NCBI GenBank assembly: GCA_000320545.1
Contig: ADNK01002346.1
Span: 1-64,000 of the forward strand
Length of the DNA stretch: 64,000 bases
Direction of reading: 5' to 3'
DNA from: Bigelowiella natans CCMP2755
Lineage: Eukaryota > Protista > Cercozoa
Shown here: positions 1 to 20,378 of the stretch, piece after piece
Position numbering within the stretch: position 1 is the first letter of the stretch
Layout: each line of letters starts with the position of its first letter
Position numbers and translations under genes: made by a program
Notes under the pieces: model-generated
What the model saw: the letters and a program-made list of their open reading frames with translations, nothing else
Databases searched by the model: none
What the model was told of the DNA's origin: nothing

Positions 1-124
1 ACCTAACCCTAACCCTAACCCTAACCCTAACCCTAACCCTAACCCTAACCCTAACCCTAACCCTAACCCTAACCCTAACCCTAACCCTAACCCTAACCCT
101 AACCCTAACCCTAACCCTAACCCT
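1..124. repeat. Telomeric repeat array (CCCTAA)n, i.e. TTAGGG on the minus strand, about 20 units
   Basis: Perfect CCCTAA tandem array from the first bases of the window, ending abruptly at 124 with no variant repeats. Confidence 0.98.
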
Positions 125-742
125 CAGCATGGACGTGTGCACGAGATGCGCGCGCGATGTTGTTTCAGTTGAAAACGTCTGCTATGACACGCAGATGAGT
201 TTGCGTGGAAACAATGGTTGTGCCAAAATTCCACCTGGAACCCGCTAGCCCGCAAAACCGCCGTGCACGCGGTTTGTGCAAACCCGTGCCCGTTGTGGTC
301 GTTGCAAACACGAATGAGAAAGTTTGCATTGTTTTGCCAGCAGGTTGACAAACAAGTGTGTGCATCTCAAATTGTTGGGCACACGCATGTTTTTCCAGCG
401 CAATTTTTGAGATCAAGTGGTTTTGGGGCATGCAGTGTTTGATTGCAAGTTTTCATGCTCATGTGCTCAGGCATGGCTGGCATGGATCAAAGCAGAGACG
501 CATTCCACGTGGATGCAGTGATGCTGGCTTGCATTGACCACTGGCTAGTTGAGATCAAACGTCAAAGCGCCGAAGTGAAAATCGCTGGGTGCCGTGACAA
601 TCGATTCAGAATTGTGAGGTGGGCAAATTGACAAATTGCACAACACAGCACAACCAGACTCACACTCTTCAGCACATGACCCTTCTTGGTGCGTTTGTCA
701 CTGCCTCGATTCATCAATCAAAAAACTTCTTGCACAAACGTG

Positions 743-7572
<6,830 letters not shown>

Positions 7573-8072
7573 TATTGATGTGAGATCTAGGGGCAAAATG
7601 AAATCGTGATTTTACGCGGGAGGCTGTATCGTTTTACAGAAGAAAAACAAACAAGAGAATTTGCGGACAATGATGATGCGACTACCGGCCAGGCCCAGAT
7701 TTTTCCGATGAGTGCTTTTATCAGGAGATTCCCTGACAAAAATTGTCGCACAGATAAAATTGAGACTACTTTTTACTTCTTCTTGTATTCGCTGTGGTCG
7801 TACAGCTGCTTTCCCGCGTTATCTCGTAGATCTATTCGTAGTAATAAGTTCCAATATCTGCGAACAACTGATCCTGATTTCTCTGGTAGGAAATATGCTG
7901 GAAATCAAGAAATCTATGGAAATCTATTTGTTATTTTGTAACCAATGAACAACACATCAACAAGAACAAAAAGATACCACAATATTACCACTACAAAACA
8001 GAATAGAATAGAACAAAAAACAACAACAAACACAACATCATTAGGAAAAGAACACAAACGACAGACAATAAG
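7573..8072. promoter_or_regulatory. Putative bidirectional promoter between EXO1 and the RBBP4-like gene, with E2F-like sites
   Basis: 500-bp head-to-head gap. TTTCCCGC at 7810-7817 matches the E2F consensus TTTSSCGC; ACGCGGGA at 7614-7621 is the exact reverse complement of TCCCGCGT at 7812-7819. Confidence 0.5.
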
Positions 8073-10231
8073 AATGTCCGCCATTTCCTTAGCGGACCGG
8101 CTACTTCCGACCCGCGCTGTGAGGCAGCAGAAGGATAAGCCTAAATATAAGGTGTTGCAACGAATGTCCGGTGTGGAGAGAGGTAGTATACATTCCTCGA
8201 CGTATTGCGTAAATGTAGGTTCCGGCGGTCAAGGAGATTCGAAATGATTTTGAAGTGTGGAAAAGGCACTGTCCCCTGCTCTACAGCAACATGATGTAAG
8301 AATACTGCAATTGATACTTAATAAATAATCTCTCTTTACAAGTTTCAAAGAAAATAGATCTAATACCCCATAACATGAATGGGAGACGTCTTAGTTGCGT
8401 CGAATGTAAAATCAACAAAATGTTATCATCGTCACTTTACTTCGTCCTACTTTCAGAATGCAAAAGATTCGAACAAACAACGTGCTTTCATCACTCCAGG
8501 TTCGAACATGATGAATGTACTGATTATTGAAGAATGTGGTGTGTTGTGTTTGTTGTGTCTGTGTTTGTGTTTGAGTGAATTTTGTGTAATCATCGAACCC
8601 TCTTTCAACCTTCCTCTGCCTTTCCTTAACAAAGTGGCTACCCAGCGCGAAAAATGCTCCTTCATCGACAGTCTCCGACAATGATAGGAAGGATGTTAAG
8701 AAGATAGAATTCGCAGGAAAGGATAAGCATAGACAGGAAGATGGTAGTTGCAGCACAAGCAACAATAATTACACGAAGAGCTTGAAGGCAAGAAAGACGA
8801 CGAGGGCAACCCCTACTGAACGTCTTGTTGTAACTGCAAGTGGAGTTAGCTGTAGCGAGATTAAAGTGTACCAAGTCGCTAATATCGATGGGATTGCAGC
8901 AAGCGTAAACTTAGAGCAACAGCTGCGTTGTAATGGCAGAATCTCGAAGGTAGTGGTAAATAACACGGGCCGTTTGATTGTCTGTGTGCGTTTGTATATA
9001 GTCTCACTAAAATGACGATGGATGAAGATTTAGGAAGAAACAACTGTATTTTTGCTGCTGCCGATGTGTGTAGATTCGCCACATGCCCCAGCGACCAAAC
9101 ATCCTTGCAGCTCAATGTGATAGTTCTGGAGCAGGGACACGGATCTTTAAACTAAAGCAGCAGCAGCAGGTTACTACTACGAAACTCTATCGTTATCATT
9201 ATCATCATCTTCCTCATCATCTTCCTCATCCTCATCCTCATCGCGAACACTCTCCATCTTCGTGCTTGGTTCCACATTCACCTCTTTTTTCGTTATCAAT
9301 TAGGCCAAGGATGTATCTGAAATAAAGAAGACGAAGACCAGAGCAAGGTACTAGTGACATCATTAGCACTAGTAACACCATTGTCAATCCCTTCCCTCTC
9401 TGCCTCCCCTTTCTTTCTCTAAGCACACATTGTAATAGTCTTTATATTACTTGTGAAGCATCAGCGAAGATTGCTTGGAAGTTGCCCTGACATATGATGA
9501 AGGCTTGATCACGGGCAAAGAAAATTCTGGGTGGTGTTTTGAGTAGTAGTAATAGTAGCAGTAGCAGCAGCAGCAGTTGCAGCAGTTGTAGAGTTGATAT
9601 GATTTTAAATTGTTGAGTGCTGTGTGAGTCTATGTATGAACTTTTAATCTTAATTGTAATACCTTTAGTGGAACAACGAAGGAATAATGATAGCTTATCT
9701 TCGCATATTTCATCTGCTTACTTTCCTAGACCTGCCCTATCTTGGAATCAAAAACGTGAAGGGGAGCTTCTGACGAGCGGATCCAGGGTTATTATAATAA
9801 TTATTGTTATTTTTACTAATTATTCGTGTTCTAATTTGTTATTCTAATCATTTTCAATAATTATGAAGGTCATTATTATTATTTCAATTTGACTTTTGTG
9901 TACACATCTTTTCACTACTTTCACCATCTGAGAGGAAGGAAGGAAGGAAGGAGAGGCGAACCATAACTTAACTTCTTAAATCTCAAAGTTTCATCCACAA
10001 TTCATTTTCTTCAATACAGCATTGATTACACATATTATAACTACTACTAGTATTGCTGGACTTTCACTACTTAAATCTTCATCGTTATGAAACTCAATCT
10101 TTCTCTCCTGTACACTATCATGTTCTCACTCATTGAATTATTATAACAGGGAAGCGTATTTATGTGGGATATTAGCGAGTTATCTCGGTAGCTAGTTACT
10201 AAATTAAAGTTCACAACTAATTCGAAATATG

Positions 10232-10270
<39 letters not shown>

Positions 10271-11049
10271 GACACATGTGTGTGATTGTGTCTCTTTATT
10301 TGAAAATAAACACAAATGCCATGAGTAGTCATAGATACCTATGGTGATGATGATGATAATGATGATGATGATGGTGATGATGATGAAAAAGAAGGAGAAG
10401 AAGAAGAAGATGATGATTACATCATTACTACAAATTGCTTCCTATTCATTACTAACATTACTTATCTTAATATTTCACTATGGCATCGTCGTCTTCATCA
10501 TCATTTTCACACTGACACATAATACACAGACACACGCTGCGTCAAATAGCATGAAATCAAATACTTGTTATTATTATGATGATATGTGTTTAGATCTGTG
10601 GAGCCACGGCGTATCTTCGAGTCTCATCAAGGGGAAGTTACGGTAGTAGTAGTATTAGTAGTAGTAGTATTAGCATTAGTAGTATTGGTAGTTGTTGTTG
10701 TTGTAGTATTCACTGGCTGGTAATGATGTGTGCAATACTCCCACCACTAGCAATATTGGTAGTAGTAGTAGTAGTTGTAGTATCCACTGGCTGGTAAGTA
10801 ATGATGTGTGCAATACTCCCACCACTAGCAGCAAACACAATTGTTTACATTGATACATTGTATGTAGGATATAGCTTGGAAGTCAGAATGGGAATTCTTG
10901 ACAGCAGGAGATGTAATACGAGGATCCAGCAACAACTAATCACTTCCCATGCATAGTCATATTTAGATAGTAATAATCCAACAACTAATCACTTCCCATG
11001 CATAGTCATATTTAGATAGTAGTAATCCAAAAGTAGTAGCAATACGATG

Positions 11050-11091
<42 letters not shown>

Positions 11092-11597
11092 ATTGATTGA
11101 TTATGTAATGATCGTCGTTGTTACGAATTATGACCTGTGATCAGGACGGTTACTTGCGCCTGTGGGATAAAAGAGATCATCGCAAAGATGTTCCAGTAAG
11201 ATATGAAGAAGAAGAAGAAGAAGAAGAAGAAGAAGAGGATTATGTTTACAATAGCTACGAGTATACCCCATCAAAAATGGCAAATGGAATTGAAATCATC
11301 AGCAATATAGTTATTAATTGGACATAGTACTACTAGTAATATCACTTTCAAGTACTAGTACTACTAGTAGTATCACTGGTAGTAGTAGTTTGTGGATGAT
11401 GACTCATGGTGCTACTGGCATTTGTTGTTTAAGTTCGTTATTTGATGTTTTAATTCGTTATTTGTTGTTTTAGTTCGTTATTTGTTGTTGTTTAAGTTCG
11501 TTATTTGTTGTTTAAGTTCGTTATTTGTTGTTTTAATTCGTTTGCAGTGTGCAAGCATTGCTATAGCAGATGGTTCCAGGTTCTACTCTACTACTAT

Positions 11598-11629
<32 letters not shown>

Positions 11630-11757
11630 TATGCTATACAAATCACACATACCTCTCCATTCCATCATTCCAAAAACTTCTGCTGCTGCTGCTGGTGGTG
11701 GTAAAGATGGCAAATAACTATGATAATGGACGCACACACACACACACACACACACAC

Positions 11758-11797
<40 letters not shown>

Positions 11798-12918
11798 TAT
11801 TGTAAAATACATATATGTTGTGTGTGTATCAAGCTGTGCTGCTGTTTATGCTACTGCTATCACACTTATTGTAATACATTAAAAAGGGGATGCACTTGCG
11901 TGCGAACATGTGGAAGTGCTCCAAACGTTGTAGCGACAGCTGCAGGTGAATTCATCGATGTTCGAGACTTAAGGTATTATGTTATTAGCCAGTTATTCAG
12001 TCACTCTCATCTCAAGGAGCAGCAGATAATAATTAAGAAAAAAAAAGTAATAATAATAATAATAATACACTTAACAACAAGAGATTGCTGATACAAGCCC
12101 ACACAACAGAATGCAAAAGGAACCAATGAAAAAGCTTCAGTGGCACGGAAACGAAGTATGTTGTTTATACGTGTGTGTGTTTGTGTGTGTATGATCCTCC
12201 CCAACTCATTCAGTAGAATATTTTTATTTTTGGTTTTAGAAGCTTCTGGAATATGTATGCATGTAAATAAATATAAAATTTTGTGTGTTTTTTTGTGTTA
12301 TGTGTGTGTGTGTGTGTGTGTGTGTGTATGCTCATGATAATTGTTATCATAACAAAAGGTATTGGATATCGCTTGGTTACCAACCCCTCCTAATATGAAG
12401 ACAACAACTGCAACAAAGAACATTCTGGCATCAGCAAGTTAGTAGTTCTCACTACTACTACATTTCTAGCTACTTATAATACTGAAGGATGATGGTGACG
12501 ACGATAGATAATGAGGACGACAATGATGATGATGATGATGATGAGGGGGATTATAGTTTTTATATTAGTTAGTTGCATTTATTTTCGTGATCCTCCGTAA
12601 CGGTTATTCGAGTGGAAGTTAAGTTGGTACAGGACCACCAAGTGATATTATTATTATTATTTATGAGATGGTGATGCTATTATCATCCACATCGTCATTA
12701 TTGATCATTATTGTTCATGATCACCACCAAAAGGTTCGGACCGACGAGTTGCTGTTTGGGATCTCTCATCATTATCATCGTCAGCTGCCACCACGGCTAC
12801 TACCCAATTTGTATGTATCAGGGCAATAAAGATGATAATATAGGGAAAGGAGGGGGCATCATTTGCAACTGTTTTTTTAAAATATGATTTGTGCATACTA
12901 ATGTATGTTTCTGGTTAT

Positions 12919-12964
<46 letters not shown>

Positions 12965-13624
12965 ACATGTGTTTTCGTGCATGTATACTCTCCGGAAATG
13001 ACGTAACTTTTATCCCAGGGAGAGGGAGAGGATGAGGATGAAGGACCACCGGAATTGCTTTTCGTTCATGGCGGTCATATTTCCTCTGTGACAGCTGTAG
13101 ATTGGAGCTACAAGGACCAAATGCTCGCAGCTTCTATTGAATGTATAACCCTGATGTACAATAAATACATCTCCCAACCACCCAATGAAATCACATTGTA
13201 ACAACTACTACTAATATATCGAATATGACTCTTCATTACCTCCATAATATTTACCACCTCTCTTATCGATTGTCATTAGGCGACGGACGTCTGCACATTT
13301 GGCGCATGGCAACGGTAGAAATAAAAACGAGAGTGAAAGTCTGTTTGGGGAGAGAATGAGAGAGAGCACACAACGTAGACACAGAATGGCATTCAATTAT
13401 ATCATGAAGTGGAGATAAAAAAAAGTTTTGCTTTCGCTGAGATTGTAAATATGACAAAAATCAAGGGCTAGACTACATGTATCTAGATTTTATAAGCCTA
13501 TACTGATTGGTTTGTACTGCCGCCGCCTTAGGTCCTCTATGACCCGAACCAGATCAAAGCAATTAAGAAACGTTACCAAAAATTTAAGAAAACTTCTAGA
13601 AGTAAAAAAAAACACAAAGCATGA
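8073..13624 (+). CDS. RBBP4/MSI1 (CAF-1 p48)-like histone-binding WD40 protein, divergent, multi-exon
   Basis: Spliced translation includes NDFEVWKRHCPLLY (family EEYKIWKKNxPFLY), LQ|WLP, IRHMPQRPNILA, ALSWNQKREGELLT, GSVFMWDI, DGYLRLWD, SDRRVAVWDLS, GPPELLFVHGGH and LHIWRMA, followed by a basic last exon ending in TGA at 13622-13624. Confidence 0.88.
11421..11541. repeat. Intronic ~20-bp minisatellite (tttgttgtttaagttcgtta-like), about 6 copies
   Basis: Directly visible degenerate tandem repeat. Confidence 0.9.
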
Positions 13625-13789
13625 AGGCAGCAGGCCTTGTAGAGAGCAGGCGTAATCAATGTTAGAATCTCCATATGTTCTCGACGGATGATCCGATTTA
13701 CTCAAATGATCACAGTCTACATTCTGAGACACTGACACTAAGCGGCTACGAAACCGTTTTTCATGGCTCATATGAAACTTATGAGCCAG

Positions 13790-14550
13790 CAGCTAGGAAG
13801 GCATGCTAGCATGCATGATGCTGATTGCACGTGACATTGCGGAACGCAACTTGGGGGAAACACGCGACACGGTACGTCACATGCGACGTGCATTCCGCAC
13901 GTCCATTGGCACACACCAGCACACCTAGACACACGGATGTCACTAGCACGCATTCATAAGCATTGCTAGATTGGGACATGCTAGCATGCAATGCAGCATG
14001 ACACGCTAGCGCGGTGCAGGAGCTCAATGTGCGTGCGTGCATGCATGCGTGCCTTTGATATCTTTGGGAAAAGGCTCAAAAATGTGCTCGGTCCGCTAGC
14101 TAGCTAGTGTGGACCGAATGCTGCCATGCGATGCTGACGTCTGCAGAGGATCATCCAAAGGGTGACAGGTGCAGCTGGAAAGCTAGCAAGATGTGTGTTT
14201 TGCGGCTCCTGAATCGCCCAAACCACACTAGCACACTCTAGCACTGACAGCAGTGCTAAACATCTCGCCAATTCAAAAATGCCCGAAACGATCGTGGCGC
14301 GCTGCGCTCGGTTGTTTGTTCATCCGCCCCGCTAGCCCGTCCAGCCGTGCACGCAAGGGTGAGAGCGACAACCACTGCTGGGTGGCACTCGCGCGAGCTA
14401 GCGAGTGGTGCAAATTGGAGGTCCTAGCGATGGCATTGGCATTTCTGAGAAAGGCTATTTCTAGGCTCTGCACACTCTAGCACTCTTCTCTCTCTGTGGA
14501 GTCCTCCCCACCAAGCAGCGCTCCCATCGCGCGAGCGCGAAGATCGACAC
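13790..14550. other. TpA-depleted, CTAG-rich island downstream of the RBBP4-like gene
   Basis: Hand count: about 18 CTAG and only about 3 TA outside CTA/TAG context in 760 bp. Confidence 0.88.
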
Positions 14551-14795
14551 CACCGTAATTAGGAATTAGCGACAACATTTATTCCCTCCAATATTTAGAA
14601 ACCCCCACTAAAAAGGAAAACCGAAATTTAAGCTCCTCTTTTTTTGGTATACATGTGGAAACCAGACTGCGACATGGAAATACCTCAGTCGTAGCACAAA
14701 GATGATCAACATACACACACAACAATTGTACAGCTGTCGTCGAGAACGTACGATCTAACGGCACTCGAACCGAAGAAGCCGGAAGACATTATTCA

Positions 14796-16891
14796 ATGGA
14801 AGAAGAGTTCAAGCTGTCAGATGGAGAGGATGAGGTCAAAATCCACTGAGATTTGGAGTAGATGGGGGGGAAACCCATTAAAAAAAAACTAAGAATCACG
14901 AGGCAGACTGTGTATGAAACTTGATCCCTGACGAAGTAGAGTTTGCTGGTGTGTAGTTTAAAAACCCTGATGCTGTAGCTTAAAACCTAGTAAAGCAACA
15001 AGTTCGTGAACTTTCTATTCTAAGAAATGGTACATATATGTGATGTATTTATTTGGTCTCCTCGCCATCATTTGTTTTAGAAGTCCGAATCTGGTTTGGG
15101 GGGTGGACTAGACCTGGACGCATACGCGTCACTGATGAAGCAGCCATCCGGGGAAAATGCAATTGATCCAGACCTTGGGAAAAAACAGTTAGATGATGAT
15201 GATGATGATGGCGGCGACGACGACGAAGGCTCCCTTAATATCGACGAATTGGAAAAGGATATTAACGATGACTCCCTGAATATAGATCCCACCGTAACCA
15301 AAGGTTTGGATGTAGATTCTGGATCTTCCAATCCAGTTAGCGATATTGATGCGCAACTAGAGAAGGAACTGGCAGAAGAAATGAAGAAAATTCGTGAAGA
15401 AGGAGACGTTTCAGAAGCTTTGAAAGATACAAAGTCACAAAAACAGAATGAAAAGGACACACGTGGTAACAAGGAAAGAGTTGATATTAAGGATGAGAAA
15501 CAAGACAGTGGGGAGGTTCGGATTGATCGTGATGATGATGACGACGACGACGACGAAGGCTCCCTTAATATCGACGAATTGGAAAAGGATATTAACGATG
15601 ACTCCCTGAATATAGATCCCACCGTAACCAAAGGTTTGGATGTAGATTCTGGATCTTCCAATCCAGTTAGCGATATTGATGCGCAACTAGAGAAGGAACT
15701 GGCAGAAGAAATGAAGAAAATTCGTGAAGAAGGAGACGTTTCAGAAGCTTTGAAAGATACAAAGTCACAAAAACAGAATGAAAAGGACACACGTGGTAAC
15801 AAGGGAAAGAGTTGATATTAAAGGATGAGAAACAAGACAGTGGGGAGGTTCGGATTGATCGTGATGATGATGACGACGACGACGACGAAGGCTCCCTTAA
15901 TATCGACGAATTGGAAAAGGATATTAACGATGACTCCCTGAATATAGATCCCACCGTAACCAAAGGTTTGGATGTAGATTCTGGATCTTCCAATCCAGTT
16001 AGCGATATTGATGCGCAACTAGAGAAGGAACTGGCAGAAGAAATGAAGAAAATTCGTGAAGAAGGAGACGTTTCAGAAGCTTTGAAAGATACAAAGTCAC
16101 AAAAACAGAATGAAAAGGACACACGTGGTAACAAGGAAAGAGTTGATATTAAGGATGAGAAACAAGACAGTGGGGAGGTTCGGATTGATCGTGATGATGA
16201 TGACGACGACGACGATGAAGGCTCCCTTAATATCGACGAATTGGAAAAGGATATTAACGATGAATCCCTAAATGTAGATCCCACCGTAACCAAAGGTTTG
16301 GATGTAGATTCTGGATCCTCCAATCCAGTCAGCGATATTGATGCGCAACTAGAAAAGGAACTGGCAGAAGAAATGAAGAAAATTCGTGAAGAAGGAGACG
16401 TTTCAGAAGCTTTGAAAGATACAAAGTCACAAAAACAGAATGATAAGAACATAAGTGGCAACGAGGAAGAAGCAGATGATGAAGATAATGATGACAAAGA
16501 TCACCACAGGGATGGTTTAGCAAATGAAAGTGAGCTTGATAAAGCAAGCGGTTCTGGCAATGATGAAGTCAACTTGCTGTTCAAGGATTTGGCAGAGAAA
16601 ACGGACCAAATGGAAAAAGTGAAGAAAGAATCAGGAAGTACTAGCAAGCAATCTAAGAAAACTCAACACGAAAGTAAACAAATTCTCAACGGCAGTAACC
16701 TAGACGATAACAATAAGAAAACTCAACACGAAAGTAAACAAATTCTCAACGGCAGTAACCTAGACGATAACAATAAACAAATTGAAATCGAGGAGGACGA
16801 AATTAGTGAGTACGGTGATGATGTTGGACATTCTCTCAATGTAGATGATAGGGATGACAAGGATGAGGACATGGTAGTTGTTGAAAACGGC

Positions 16892-16935
<44 letters not shown>

Positions 16936-19900
16936 GGCTTCCAAAGGGCGGCAATCGACGACTGCAGCAGATATCATAGATGATACGGTACCAACTGATG
17001 ATGCGGTAGTAGAAGTAGATGAAACAGAGGTGAAGATGGAACAGGTTGGAATCAAACCCAAACCCACCCAAGACAAAAATACAATAATTCAACATAGCAG
17101 TGACACGAAGGAGGCTCCTCTTGAGGAAAAATATGCCAACTTGGATATTGATACCTCTGTGGATGAGGATGAATATGATAGCGATGGTGATAATAATGCA
17201 AAAAAAGTTTCCAGTAATGACATCAAAAGCAAAGTTACTAACGTAGAAGGCGATGCTAGTAAACCAATGGTTGGTGCTTCTCTGGGTAACATTTCTTTTA
17301 ATATTCAGGCCTATTTTCTCTATTTTTTTAAAATAGTTTTTAGTCAAGTTTCCAATCTCAGTCACCACAACGTCGCAATATGTATTACTATTTGTTCATA
17401 AATGATGTAATACTAAATTGATTTTCTTTCAGGACCTTATTTCACTAACATTTTACACCAGGTGAATATGATCTTAGCGAAATTGATAATTTGCTACCCT
17501 CTCTTGAGATTTCACAAGATGGCACCTCAATTGCAGGTATGACGAATAGGTTTAAGATATTTTCAATGTGGTATAATTCTCAGAGTAGTATGTTACCACT
17601 TTTAAAAATACTACTCTGAGGCATGGGAAGCTGAATCTTTGTATATTTCTATAGATCAAATGAAAAGGTCGTCTCCCAAACAATCCAGCATTTCAAGAAA
17701 AGGGGGAAACTCAGTAACACCCCTTGATTCTGGCACTCGTAACTTTACTGTGCACATGGGGAAGGAGCCTGTTTACGAGAATAAAAACAACAATGTTGGC
17801 GTGGGGAAAGCAGGTAGTGGTGGAAGCAACAATGATACTCGGGATCATGAGTGCAGCAGCAGTCTTTATGATTACGAAGCCGAAAGAGAAAATAGGCCGA
17901 ACATACAAGACTCTCAAAGCTACGATGACATCGACGATGTGGATGATGATGACGACGACGATTACGGTTGTTAATGAATGCATGCATGCACCACAAAAAT
18001 GAAATGCAACATTGATCCAACATTCACATCTTGTGTACTTTTGGATGACACCGACTGCAGATGATGAGTATGAGGACGAGGAGGATAACGATGGTGGAAG
18101 GCAACAACGCTCTCAAAGTGCTAGAGGGATCAGAAACAGTAGTAGGTATACATCATCAGCCGACAATAGAGATAATGATAATTCAGATTATGGACCCAAG
18201 TCAGCACGATTTAGACCGAAAAGCAGCAGCAGAAGACCCAAGAGGAGTGGCAGAGTATCTTCATCATCCTATCGTCATAATAAAAGCAACTCATCATCTA
18301 AAGTGTCCACCCCTTCGTCATCCTCCTCCAATAAAATCTTTCGGTATTGGGATCCGTTTAATGAAGATTTACCTTATGTCCGAAGGTATCTTTCGGAAAG
18401 GGAGAAGGAAGCTGTAGATTATCTCACCCGGGAAATTGATGTTGATGAATGTTATGAATTTCGCCATAGAATGCCTGAGGCACCTGGTCATCATAGTTCG
18501 AATTATCGATCTCAGCAGCTGCAGCAACAGTCAGACATGAGCAAGTCAATCTCTAAATCTACATTTGAAACTCTTGAAAAAGTGCAGGAGAGCTTTAGAA
18601 AGACACCAAATATATCTGAGAAATCACGGGAGCTTATGGAGGGAAACAGAGACTGGGAAACACGGAGAGAAAAGTACATTAAGGACTTCATTCGAAAGAA
18701 AAAGTTGATTAGAAAGGGATTACAACCTGGCGATAAGGGATGGAAGTCTGGGAAAAAGAAGGGTCAGCAGCAGCACAGTAGAAGTAAGAGACAAGATAGC
18801 AACGATGCTACTTCTTCCATGTTTTACGATCGATATGATTCACGAATAAAGAAATGGCTAGCAACCAATCGTCGTGAGAAGATAAAGAAGCTAACTCAAA
18901 CGGAGCACATGCAAAGAATCAAAAAAGCCTTCTCACAAACTAACAAACTCTTGAGGAAAGAACTTTCTGCTGATGAGAAGAAATTTCTTGCCCGCAACTA
19001 TTTCAAGTTTTCAAAAAAGATCAACGATGAGAAGGAGAACAAGGGGGGTAGCAGGAAAAAGAGTACGCACAAGAAGAAGATTATGTTAAATCGGGAGAAC
19101 TATACATTCAAGCCAAACCTAAACACAAAAGAATTTGAGAAGAGGCTTGGCCGTGAAATCGGAAACGGGGGCAAGTTTCTGGAAAGATACGAAAAGGATC
19201 TTCAAACAAGGGAGGATAAAAGGTGGAAGGAAGTCGAAAAAGTGGTGTTGAGTTCAGAGGCTGAGGCCAAACTGAGGGCTTTGAACCAGGACATGCGTAA
19301 AGCGAAGTGTCAACACAAATTTGAGGTCTGTTTAAGAATTCAGGAAGAGATGGCTTTGGTGATAGAAGAAGCTCAGCGATTAGGTCGTTTGGCAGCTGAA
19401 GCACGCAAGGAGCAAATGGTAGACGAGAGGGCTAAGTTAGGGGGTGCAAAGGCACGCGCTGCGGATAGGCTCCTTCTTACATTGCGTTCTGAGCTCGAAG
19501 AGGCGATGGAGAACGAAGACTTTGAGCTTTGTATTCATCTTCGGGAAAGAATGAAGCAGATTGAGTCAGGAATGCCATCTAAAACGAAACCATTCAAAAG
19601 GAAAAAACGACAAAATAAAAAACTACGTACCATAGACAATAAAACAAGAGAATTGATGACTTCTAAAGGGAAATCGGCGCCATCAAATAAGAACGTCTCG
19701 CTCTCTGCTCGACGGAGCGTATACAAACGAATGCAGGACGATGTGGAGAAGAGAAAGGCAAAAATGGAAGCCATTAACAAGTCACTTTTGCTACCTCCTG
19801 ATTATGCTGCTAGACGGAGAAAACAGCGAAGTACAAGGAGAGGGAGAAAGATGAAGAACACCAAAGGTAAGGAAAGTCCTACTGTAAAGAAAGAGGAGGC

Positions 19901-20378
19901 TCGAAAAGAGTCAGTTAGAAAAGAGATGAAAGCACAAAAGACAGAAGTTGATAAGGCAGATGCGAAACGCAAGCATGCATGGGAAAACGATGTGAATGGC
20001 AGAGAAAAGGTTGGAGAAGACAGTCATCAACCACGACGGAATTCGCAAAGCATAGAAGATACAGTTAAGATTGGAATTGAAGACAGAAACACTATCAACA
20101 CAAGCCAAAGCAGAAAGAATTCTCAAAGTTCTTTGTCGAAAGAAGCTAAACAACTTTTCTCGAAACGAAATCAGGAACTCCATGAACGTAGCCTCCTTAC
20201 AGAGAATGGAATGGCAGAAACAGTACACCATAGTTCTGATGTTGAAATGGGCGATGGAAACATAAGCGGGTTGGAAGACATGCATTTGGATGATTTGAGT
20301 GAGGTCGATGAAGACGCGATTGCAGCAGCGAACATCACTGATGTCAGTGATTTTGAAGGACTCGTCCTCAGCAATTGA
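14796..20378 (+). CDS. Large hypothetical protein: acidic 110-aa tandem repeats, basic coiled-coil region and two UVR (UvrB/C)-like motifs; apparent frameshift near 15802-15822
   Basis: MEEEFKLSDGEDE|KSESGLGGG...; ORFs 15096-15815, 15812-17401, 17639-17974 and 18012-20378 are joinable through GT-AG introns except for the repeat-internal frameshift. UVR-like segments are LRALNQDMRKAKCQHKFEVCLRIQEEM and LRSELEEAMENEDFELCIHLRERMKQIE. Confidence 0.75.
15215..16442 (+). repeat. Coding 330-bp tandem repeat, about 3.7 near-identical copies
   Basis: Unit start gacgacgaaggctcccttaat recurs at about 15219, 15549, 15881 and 16211 (last copy with a few substitutions). Confidence 0.96.
16654..16775 (+). 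repeat. Coding 60-bp perfect duplication (KKTQHESKQILNGSNLDDNN x2)
   Basis: Directly visible. Confidence 0.95.

Noticed and set aside
8296-8456. Apparent frameshift or non-canonical intron early in the RBBP4-like gene
   Set aside because: Using the downstream acceptor (tttcag, ~8456) restores the frame and the family LQ|WLP motif with ordinary GT-AG ends.
10700-11541. Short repeats with spacers resembling a CRISPR array
   Set aside because: Eukaryotic intron; only two-copy duplications or a contiguous minisatellite, with no regular repeat-spacer series and no cas genes.
15077-16497. Long minus-strand ORFs (241 and 276 aa)
   Set aside because: Antisense shadows of the acidic coding repeat on the plus strand.
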